Below, in pieces: positions 27,211 through 39,200 of a stretch of DNA of 64,000 nt. The stretch comes from Enoplolaimus lenunculus. Its lineage: Eukaryota. The stretch spans positions 372,001-436,000 of the forward strand of contig JASANG010000424.1 in NCBI GenBank assembly GCA_030248215.1. The letters are read 5' to 3'. How positions within the stretch are numbered: the first letter of the stretch is position 1; each line of letters starts with the position of its first letter. Below the pieces are notes generated by a model. That model worked only from the letters and a program-made list of their open reading frames with translations. It was not told where the DNA came from and searched no databases. The position numbers and the translations under genes are program-made.

Positions 27211-30200
27211 CGCTAAAGCATTATTTACCTCAGTAAATTTAGACTAAATTTACAATATGTTTTATAGAAAATTGTAATATCGGTGTTGGACATTTATAAG
27301 GGGTAATAGACAAGGGTTACCTTAACCTTTTGGGCAGAGATGATAAAGACAGTGTTACAAGTTTGGAGTATAACCTGCTGGAAACAAGAGCTCAACAAAA
27401 TTTTCTCGCTCGCGGAACGGTATAATTTTCGCGAAATCAACATAATTACCCACGGGGCCCAGATATGTATGCAGGTTTATATATTATGGTTGTGTTTATA
27501 TATTATAAGCCGATATGGATTGTACGGACAATTGAATTTGAATACGCTTCTTTAATATATGAACCGTGTTACATACAATATTTCTATGCGGTATTGAAAT
27601 ATAACGCATGATTGTGGGCGGGGGGGGGGTTCGACTCGAGAATTTAAGCACCAAAAGCTTCTTCTACCCATAACATTTTTACGGAAGACTGGGGGGTTAA
27701 ACAATTGCGGAGAAATAGTCGCTTTTCGTTAGTGATCTTTGATGTCACCAATATGTTTAACAAACATTACGAATTTGTAATAGGGTATTGTGTTCGAATT
27801 ATTATTATTTTTATATTATTAATATTATTATTATTTATATTATTATTATTATTATCAATATTATTATTAATAATATTATTATTACTATTATAATAATTAT
27901 TATTATTTATATTATTATTATTATATCATGCTATAATTATAGCGACAAGTAAGAAGTATACAATGGATTAGGTGGATGCTTCTGTTCGAAAACTTTTTAT
28001 AAGGCAAGGCACACGTTTATACAGGCTTTTGAGCAATCTACTTGATTTGAGAAATAAAAATTACGTTCGCTCGTAAAAAAATCTATATTTGACCATGAAA
28101 CGAAATATTCGCTGCGCGCATTGCAATACAAATTAGAATTGAAAATAAAGACTAAACAAACGTATCGCATCATGTCTGACATGTTAGCAGCAGCTGGCAT
28201 GCATAAAGATGACTGCGCTTTGTGCGTTGTGCAGTTTAAATTTACCATTGTGTTGCAGTTTTAATATTTGCAAATTCTGTACTGCGTATTATATGCGATT
28301 TTTGCAATTTGTCACTATTTTTACAAAAGTTTCTCCATTGTTTGGTGAAATTCAAATTTTTTGGTTTCCTAAAATTAAATTTTCTTGCAAATTCGGTTTT
28401 AAATTTGAAATTTGTTTCGTCTGAAATGTAACAAATTAATATTTCGGTGGCTTTCGGTTAAAAATGTTTTGCCGTTTTGTATAGACATACGCTGCAAACA
28501 AATGGTGAGTCAAATTGACCCTCTCCGAAATAGGCTTTTCCGGACTACACAAACTGAGTGAAAATTCGACTCCCACCAGGAGTCAAATTCGACTTACCCG
28601 TCAAATTTGACTCAGTTTGTGTAGTCCCGAAAAGCCTATTTCGGAGAGAGTCAATTTTACTTACCATTTTTTGCAGCGTATATGCAGCTGAAAGAAGAGC
28701 TCATATTCTCAAATGTGTGTAGCACCCATCACAAGTTGGTGGTTAGGCTCTGTAACTTTGGAACATCCGCATAGTAAGTGTCTGAAATTCATCACATTGT
28801 TCGCGTTTGATTTTCCGTACTCTGTGTACCAATTTTGAGATCTGCAATTGCATGTATTCGTCAGTTTGAAAATCTATCGCTAACTGATAAAAGGTGCTAT
28901 ACGCATTTGAGAATATGAGCCATAAGATCATAAAGTTAAATTTACTACCGTTTGTATCTATTAGTGTATATGGAGTACAGCGTTATTCAACAGAATATAC
29001 CGTAAATATCTGCGAGTTTAAAAATGTTCAATGAAAAATATTTCAAATCTGAACCACCCATCCCTATGGACTGACGGCAAAAATCAAACTAAGGTTCTGT
29101 TCAATGTATAAGTTTTAACCGGAAATCAATTTCCACGAAATTCACTTCCGGTTCCGTTGCAAAATATTAGGACGTATTGGTCATGACAACAAGTATACAC
29201 TTTTTTTCGAGGCAATCATATTTAAGAGGGCCAAGGTTCAATTCCCGGGTGTGCTCCTGAATTTTGGGCAAAACTTCGAACAGGATTCGTGCAGACTATG
29301 TTGTGTCCTAAGTAATAATATTAATTTTAATTTAGAATATTTAAAAGCTACGTTATTGATAATTATATAATTAATTAAACTTGTAAACATGACAAGTGAT
29401 AACGGTAAATGTTGGAAATTGCGTTATCGTATGCTTGTCACATATTGGTGTGCAGACTTGAGGCGAGTTCTTCAGAAAATATGGCCCATGTATAGAACAG
29501 GGCCGGGTCGTTTTCCGGAGGGACTATAATAGAGTCAGTTTAAGCTTTAGACTAATTTGTTTTGCTTAGGCTTAGGCTTAGGCTTAAGCTTAGAAATCGC
29601 CTCGACCATACGCTTAGGCTTAGGCTTAGGAATATGCTGATACTACTGTTCCGGCCCAGTTCTATACATGGGCCAAAAAGGCCCCTTCCGGCGCCGTTCT
29701 ACACATGAGCCAAAAATATTAATAAATAATTTGTACGTTTAACAGAAGAGCTTAATAGAATAATTGTAAAAATATTAAGAATAAGCTAAAAATGACGAGA
29801 ATCGGGACAAGCTATAGCAAAAAAAAGGGTAACATGGAACAAAACGTGACTCGTGTGTGGCCAGTGAACAGCTTGTTTGCTTGCATTTTTGCAATAATTG
29901 AAACTTTTCGAATAATTCAAACACTGCATGCGATTGCAGCTGGATCAAAAATGGACGGATTCCGATAAATCGTTTTCTGGAAGAAACAACAGGGATCGAA
30001 TTTTAGTTTTCAAATTTTACTCGAACCACACTGAACAGTTTTTTATTAATTTCAGGTCTTTCAATGCACGCAGTGCACGGAGTATCGGAATGTCTCAAAT
30101 TGATGGAAAAAGGACTCAAAAATCGGGCAACTGGTGCCACTTTGATGAATACAGGTTAGTTCAATATCGTTGCCAGGGCAGGATGTTTCTGGGGTTTCCC

Positions 30201-33200
30201 CCGTCTATCGGAATTTTTGTACAAGGCTTTTGGTTTCACGTTGCAACACAAGAGGTCCCCTCTCCAAAATTTTTTAAAGAACGTTCCCCCCTTTTTTAAA
30301 ATCCTTGGCTACGTCCACGGTTTAGTTTGACGATGCTTTCAAAATTTTACTAATTGAAAAATAAAAAAAGTTGAAAAATGATATTATTACAGCTTACCCC
30401 CAGATATTATTTTAATAAAGTCACAGCCAGTGTTTTATCGGCACAGTTATTGGACGCTCAGATCGCCGAAAGTTCAACATTATTCCACTCAGCTCATTAG
30501 AGTTAGCGTCAAATTTGCCAATGTAAAGAACACGGGCGGAACAGTATTATAAGCATATTCCTAAAACTGAGCCTAAGCCAAAGCCTAAGCGTAAGAATGA
30601 GCATATTCCTAAGCCTAGCTTAAGCGTAAGCCTAAGCCAAGCAAAACAAATTAGTCTAAAGTTTAAGCTTACTCTTTTCTAGTCTCACAGAAAAACGTTC
30701 CGCCCCTGATCTTTACATGGACCCTCAAATGCATTTAATAATTTAATTTTTTTAAACTAAAATTAAACGTCGAAATGGTACCTACTTCAAAAATTAAATT
30801 TTTTCAAAAATTTAAATTTGGAAACTGATCAGTTGACATTCATTTGAAACTTCAGTGCTCGACGTTTTTTTTTTCATTTTTAAAAGTTTACTAAAATGTG
30901 AATATTTTTATTTTTCTTATATTTTTATTTTTGTTATATTTTTATTTTTGTTATATTTTTATTTTTGTTATATTTTTATTTTTGTTTTCAGATTCGTCAC
31001 GCAGTCATTCGATATTTACGTTGAATTTAGAAATGATGGAAATGCGCGAAGACGGTGAACACATTAAAACGGCCAAACTCAACTTGGTCGATTTAGCCGG
31101 ATCTGAACGCCAGTCGAAAACAAGTACACTAGTGACCCAAATAAGATGGGTCAGAGACTGATATTAATTTGGCGTATCCAAAGAGCACCATCCCCTGTTA
31201 TTTGATTACGGACTGTTATTTATTTTTAACCCGCCACCCTTCGTTACGGATATTTCCGGTATTACAACTATCCGTTGAATTAAACGTTTATTTGTCTTAT
31301 ATTAAAAGCTTACCCCCGCTTATTCGGGTTATTACAGTATTGCATTTTTTCATTATTTTAAGTTTTAAATTGACACCAAATGATATATTTTGTAAAGGAA
31401 AAGTATTACATTAGTCAAAATTAGATTGCTCATAACAACTCTGCTGATACTTGGTAACGTGATTAGGCTCACGCGTATTGAACGCGACTCGAATATTCAG
31501 TTTGAATCTAAACCGGAGTTGGAACGAACAACTAAGCCTGAGTACAACCTACGGCTTCGCTTCGCCCCAGTGACATTCGAGCTAAAATTAGAAGTTTATT
31601 TCTAAGTGAAGTTGAAATTCAAATTGGTTAAAAGATTTAAAAAATAAAACGCAAATATTTGCAATTTGTCAATTTCAGAAGCGAGTGGTGATCGACTCAA
31701 AGAAGCGACAAAAATCAATTTATCGCTGTCCGCGCTTGGCAATGTCATATCAGCACTGGTCGATGGCAAATCAACGCATATTCCGTATCGAGACTCAAAG
31801 TTGACCAGATTGCTACAGGTAAAATTTGTTCTCACGGTCCCTTGATTTTCCCACGTGTATGATTAATTCCCACGGTCACTGAAAATTTTCCCATATATTG
31901 AATGCTTTTAGTGCGCACAAATTTTGCGCATTTCTTACGTAGCCACTGGCCTATCGAACAAACTCATTGGTTATTGGCAAATTTGGAGCATCTACTTGAA
32001 GTGGAATGGCTCAGTGCCGGAGCAGGCTAGGGTGGGGGCATCCTAAAATTCCGGGGTGAGGGCCCCTTGCGATGATCAAAATATTTTTTAAATTTTGGTA
32101 TAAAATCTTGTTAGGGTAGGGACCTTTTTGGGGTGGCGGGCCCCCAAATGGGGATATAGAGGGTGGCTACTCCGCCTCTGGATAGGCTTCGAAAAACCTT
32201 AAAGTCTTTGGTTTTAAGGTAGAATTGGCGAATCGGTAACCATCACTCAATAAGGCAGTTTTTTTCAGTTGACAAATATCGGCGCTAATTAACGATACAG
32301 TGGGCATTCTTTCACCCATTCAATACGTCCCTAACGCTTACAGGTCAAATCCAGTGCGATTTGAACATTTGCGTACACTTTTAAGGTTTCACATCACGTC
32401 TACAATTTCAAATTCCCAGTACGAAAGCGTAATTTTCAAAAAGTGAAACGCGCAAAATTTCCGCTTTAATACTGTACGTATATTTACTTCAATTGTCGGC
32501 ATAACAAATTATCTCTCAATAATTTTGGAGTAATTAAAATTTTAAATATTCAAAATTAGTTTTGATAAATGAACGGATATTCATACCGGAAACTGCAAAT
32601 ACGAGTGACCCAACGCGAACGCAACAAGGGGATATGAGGACACCGACGGGTAGAAAATAGCGAATGGTTTTGACGCGTAGAGTGGCAGATATATCCGGAA
32701 ATGGGAATATACATACCGTGTCGTGTTAAAAATTTTGCGATGCAAATAGTTCTTGCGAAGCCAACGACGTGTTTTCGAGTCAAATCAATGAAAATTATAG
32801 CGCGGTTCTAACGTAAATTCAACCAATTTTTGCACTTTCAACGCAATTTTTCAATCTTAAAATATCAAAAAATTTGCTAAAATCACACTTTAAAACTGTT
32901 TAAAAATCGGGCCAAATTAAAGAACAGGGTGCGGAACTGTATTTTAAGCATATTTCTAAGCCTAAACCTAAACCCAAACCTAAGCGTAAGAATGAGCATA
33001 TTCCGAAGCCTAAGCCAAAGCAAAGCAATAAAAGACGTCTAAAGCTTAAACTTATTCAATTGCAGTCTCACAGAAAAACGTTCTGCCCCTGATCTTTACA
33101 TTGGCCAAAAATCGGAACAAACGCGAAGGTAAAAAGGGAACACGAGGACACAGGCGAACGAGTTGAAAGTTGCGAAATATAAGACGCGTAGAGTGGCAGA

Positions 33201-36200
33201 TACACAGATATATCTTGCATTTAGAAACTTGTAATCCGTTAGATCCGTATAATTTCATTGGTTTTAAAGCAAGGCTTTTTGAATAACATGGTAAACTTTC
33301 GCTTAAGTCGTGGAAACTTCTTTGTAAAGCTTGTTGGACCACTCCAACAGTGTTTGGCTGGCAGCTGACCCAAAACAAGTAGTTTCTGTACCGTTCCAGC
33401 AATCTTACATCGATTCTCTGACAATTTTATGGTAAAGTATTAACGAATACCCGAAATAAAGAGCATTGTCAGTATTTTTGTTTCCGATGGTACTTTTTGA
33501 CGTTCATTCCGTTTCTCTGTGGGACTGCAATAGAGTAAGCTTAAGCTTTAAACTATTTTTTTGCTTTGGAATAGTTGTAGTTATAGGCTTATTCTTACGC
33601 TGAGGCTTAGATATAGGCATAGAAATATGCCTATATTTCTCTTACGGCCATCAAAATAAAATCGGCCGATCCGGTCCGCATAATGAGAAAGCTTCGATGA
33701 ACTGTGCTGAATTTGAGCCGCGGTTCAAAAGTTTCAAAAATATGATTCTCTTTGAAAAATTGACAAATTTTAAAACATTTCAAAAGTTTCAAAAATATGG
33801 TACTCATGGGAAAATTGACAAATTTTGAAACATTTCAAAAGTTTCAAATATATGATTCTCTTTGGAAAATTGACAAATTTTAAAACATTTCAAAAATTTC
33901 AAAAATATGATGCTCATTGGAAAATTGACAAATTTTAAAACATTTCAAAAGTTTCAAAAATATGGTACTCATGGGAAAATTGACAAATTTTGAAACATTT
34001 CAAAAGTTTCAAAAATATGATTCTCTTTGGAAAATTGACAAATTTTAAGACATTTCAAAAATTTCAAAAATATGATGCTCATTGGAAAATTGACAAATTT
34101 TAAAACATTTCAAAAGTTTCAAAAATATGATGCTCATTGGAAAATTGACAAATTTTAAAACATTTCAAAAGTTTCAAAAATATGATGCTCATTGGAAAAT
34201 TGACAAATTTTAAAACATTTCAAAAGTTTCAAAAATATGATGCTCATTGGAAAATTGACAAATTTTAAAACATTTCAAAAGTTTCAAAAATATGATGCTC
34301 ATTGGAGATTTGACAAATTTTAAAACATTTCAAAAGTTTCAAAAATATGATGCTCATTGGAAAATTGACAAATTTTAAAACATTTCAAAAGTTTCAAAAA
34401 TATGATGCTCATTGGAGATTTGACAAATTTTAAAACATTTCAAAAGTTTCAAAAATATGATGCTCATTGGAAAATTGACAAATTTTAAAATATTAATGCG
34501 TTATATATTTACAGAAATTATAACACAATTAAAATTACCGGAAATACGCATCCAGTTATACGTTTTCACATTGGAACGCAGTGTTGTGTTATCGCGATTA
34601 ACTCGTTCAAATAACCTCAAATGTACTGTTATTATTAGCATCTATCGAAAGCGAGGTCCATATAAAAATAGGTGGCTGATAGTATCTAACAACATTTATC
34701 TAAGCGTAAATCTAAACCTTACTGTAATTCAAAAGCTAAGCCTAATTGAAAGTTTAACTCCTGTCAGAGTATTTGGGGCCAGGTCAATATCATTCGGGTT
34801 AAATTTAGGAGTGGACGATTAGATGATCAGTTTTTTCAATATCATGGAAGATGAAATTAATATTAGATTCAGGACTATCAAGAGTGCATAATGACTAGAG
34901 TGTGCAACTCTTGAGGTTCTGTATGGTACAAATGTACCACCGGGCGTTGCGTTAGCGGCCGACCCTCCCTTCAGACGGGGGTCGCGATCACCTGAATACC
35001 CCTAAATTAAACTATAATGAGAGAATGTTTGACGCCGCATACATAACGTGCCATGGTTTGTACCGGTTGTACCCCCTCTTAAGGGGGGGGGGGCGTAGGA
35101 CAAAACCTACCGCGTGCTGGGTACATTCTTTTCTACACAGAAAGTAACCAGTTGCATACTCTTGTTAAATAGCGATTATCCACTCTTGGTACCATCAACA
35201 GTAACTGGAACAGCTAAGATTTGACAAAGTGTCAAATGAGTATTCATAACATAACATACATTGCTTTTTTGATATTACGACAGATAAATAGAATATTTCA
35301 GTTGTTTCTTAACTCGAGTGATATTTTTGGATGGTGACGCAAGGTTACATTCTTCAATTTTTGTTCAACTTAGACCAGAAGTGTCACACTGTATATTCCA
35401 ATTAGTTGATTTTAATTTAGAATGAGCTGAATCACGTGAGTCTGAATCTACGTCTGTCGGAACTTAAAATTCTTAATTGATTCAACGTATTTTGAGCTAA
35501 TTAAGCAACTTATCTGCAATTAACGTAGATTGAGAATCAACTCTACTTAGAGTGAGTTAACGTTTACTGTTATTAACTGAGAGAACTAATTTGCTAACTG
35601 AACTAATTAATCAACTCATTGGGATTTACAGTGTAATCAACCTGTAATATTACTCAACCAGTACTCGTATTGCCATATTTTATATGGTATTTACAAATGC
35701 AACCACATCCTCAAATGTGTATAGCATATATCACCAGTTAGCAACAGGTTTTCAAACTGACGAACTCCTGCAATTGCGAAACTCAAAATTGGCGCCGAAC
35801 AAGGAGAATTCATATACAAAAAATGCGCCGAATTTTGGCGCTTCGCCAATCACCGATTGGAATACCGCAAAAGCTATGAATAGATGGTGATAGGTGCTAC
35901 GCACATTTGAGGGACCCTGACAAAAATCGTTAATTTTTCTTAAAATTAACATAAATATGAGCTTACCTTGGCAGTTCCTAACTTGATATAGTATTACAGC
36001 TGTGAAATGTAGCATTTATATTCCTTACCATCCAGTAGCACAACCTCTGTTTGCTAAAACGATCAGATTGTGTAATAATTAACACATTGTGCTCTAAAAT
36101 TTGAAATTTATATTGTTTAAATTATTTATACAATGGGTATCAGAGAATAGATGACATATGGAATAGCTTTTCTATATTTACATTAGTAAGCTAACATTTT

Positions 36201-39200
36201 GACGCAAATTGTTAGTTTACATTCGTAAACGATAGGCAGCTATGTACTAGTCATCGTATACGAATTGAGAGGCAGTTTGGTCACAAAGCAGCTTTGAAGT
36301 TCTTGCAGTTGCAAATTATTTACTGGAATTCATGTTATTTATAATTCGCGCCTGTGAACGCAGGCGCAAGTCGCTTTAATTTCTTGCACCTGCAGTTTGA
36401 TTGGTCAGTCAGAATGTTTCTTTGAAAATACTTGCAGCTGCAAGTATTTCGTGCAAGTTACCGCTGCGAATTCTCGCTACAAAAACTTGCACGTGTGAAT
36501 GGGGCTTAAGATTATTAAACAATTTGTTTTTAGTTTTACAAAAACTCCCTAATCTGTACTCGATTAACGCCCACACTAGGGTCCCTGTCGCTTTACCTCA
36601 GGGACCTACTGATGATAGCAGCTTGCAGTTTTCGAACGCAGAAATATTTATGAAAATCATGCTTACTCCGCTTGGTTATTAATGAATTTTACCAAAATTA
36701 ATTTTTTACTGAAAAAATTTACAGCTTATGATATATAATATATCACTCTCTATTGTTTTTAAAATTGAAAATTCTTACAAAATTATGGTCATGGCAGAAT
36801 GGGGTTTTCAAATATTTACTGTAAGAAATGGTTAAATATCCATAACCCCTACGAGCCCTACTGAGGCAAAGGTGCTTAAAACGCAAATATTGAATGCTCA
36901 AGCTTCCCCCTAGAAATACGGACCTGGCGACCGCTTGGTTTATATATGAAGACTCAAAAACTGTATGTTTATAGTGAAATTAACATAATTATTCTCACTA
37001 CGTAGACTTGGATGCATTCCCGTGAGAATTTTTCAAACTCAAACAATAATGATTAATTAATTTGGTCAAAATTTAGTTAAAAATGTTATTATTTTAGGAA
37101 AATATTTTTTGTAAATTTAAACGATTCTAAGCAAAATAGTCAGTGCTGTGTTTAAGGGTTACGGAAGTGGCCACAGACGTTTTTAATGGCGATGTTAAAA
37201 ATTGCAGTGAATTTGAAATTTGCGTTCACAAAGTGCAAGTTTTTTTCTGGAACTGGAAGAATATTATATGTATTTTGGAATTACTTAAAATACGAATCTT
37301 TACAATTACTCAATATGTGTAGGTTTTAGAAAAATTAACTGTAATGTTTATTCCTCGCATTCTGGCTAGAGCCCGTATTCTCAAATGTGTGTAGCACCGA
37401 TCACCAGTTGATGATAGGTCTTGTAACTATTAAACAACTGTAAGTTGAGGTTCAAAGTTAAACCCATTTTTTTGCATTCGATGTGTGCTATTTCTGTGCC
37501 AATTTTAAGATCCGGAATCGTAGGAATTTGTCAGTTTGAAAACCGATCGCTAACTGGCGATAGGTGCTATAAGCATTTGAGAATATCGGTATAGAATTTA
37601 AGTGACATAGAAGCTGCGTAAAAATTATATATTTTTTGGTTTAACTATGTCATACCGCGTTTTCAAATATTGTAAAATTTATAAAATTTTTGTAATATTA
37701 CAAATTCGGCTTTTCCTGACCTATCCTGATCATTTCGTTACAAAATTAATAAATGCAATTAATTAGTCAACAGTACTAATAATCATTACCGTTAATACTT
37801 CTACAACCAAAAATGCACAGGTATCGGTTTTATTACAATTTTATAATTTTTAGGGCCCATGTTACTTTAAGGGGCGTCAAGGTTTCAATAAATTTCCAAA
37901 AAAAAAAATTTCCTGAACCTTAAATTCCGAAATGATGAGAAAATTTGCCTAAAGTTATTATTAACTGGCTAAATGTGGTAATATTTGAGAATTGTTTATA
38001 AAACGGCCCATGTTACTTTAAGGGGCGTCCAGGTTTCAATAAATTTCCAAAAAAAACAAAAGATTTCCTGAACCTTAAATTCCGAAATGATGAGAAAATT
38101 TGCCTAAAATTATTATTAACTGGCTAAATGTGGTAATATTTGAGAACTGTTTATAAAACTGCCCATGTTACTTTAAGGGGCGGCCAGGTTCCTGATCGGT
38201 CTATAAAAGAGTATTTTTATATTCTAGATTATATACATTTTTTAGTCTTAGGCTTAGGTTTATGATTTATTAGGCTTAGGAATACACTTAGTCTACTGTT
38301 ACGCCCCTTAAAGTAATATTGGCCATTTTCAAAATACGAATTAACATTTTTCAAAAAAAAAACAGCCAAAACGAGTTTAGTTTATAAGTAAATTCTTAAA
38401 TTTGTTTAGCATTTGGCGACAATTCGTAATAGAGATATGTTAACTTGTAGAAAGCTGTAGAATTTTGGCTGAAATTTTATTAAATTGTTTTTTTTTTCGC
38501 TTCATAAGTAGGCATTTAGGAATTGATTTCTCATTTCGATTTGAAAGTTTTTGTTTGAAAACTTAATATCGCGCGGGATTCAAGAAATATTTCTTTTCTT
38601 AGCTTCCCATTCGTACCCATTGTGTACAACGGTCATTTTGATGATATTCGGCTGACTTTCTCTTCTGGCTGGGTCCAACTGAAATTCTGATCCCAGTCAG
38701 TCGCAAATCGGCGATGCAAACAGGGCTACGCTTGGGTGACTAGAAATTTACTCTATTTCATGGCCAAAACTTTACATTTCGGCTTGATAATGGAAGTTTA
38801 AAAAATCTTGCATCCACCCGTGGGTCAAAATTGTAATATAAATCAAATTTTAAATATGATTCAATTTGATTTTTTCAGGATTCACTCGGTGGGAACACGA
38901 AAACGATCATGTGCGCATGTATTTCGCCAGCTGATAACAATTACGACGAAACGTTAAGGTTAGTGGATTAGGATCAACTAAAGCATTCTACTGTTGAAGT
39001 AAAAATGGAAAGCCTTAATTCATACCCACGGGGGGGGACTTTAATATATATACCCTTAGGGGGTAAAACTTTAATTCATACCCTTAGGGGTTGAACTTTA
39101 ATTCATACCCTTAGGGGGTGGAATTTAAATTCATACCCATAGGGGGTGGAACTTTAATATATACCCTTAGTGGGGTGGAACTTTAATGCATACCCTTAGC

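Noticed and set aside
29230..29260. Isolated B-box-like GGTTCAATTCCC
   Set aside because: No A box or cloverleaf nearby.
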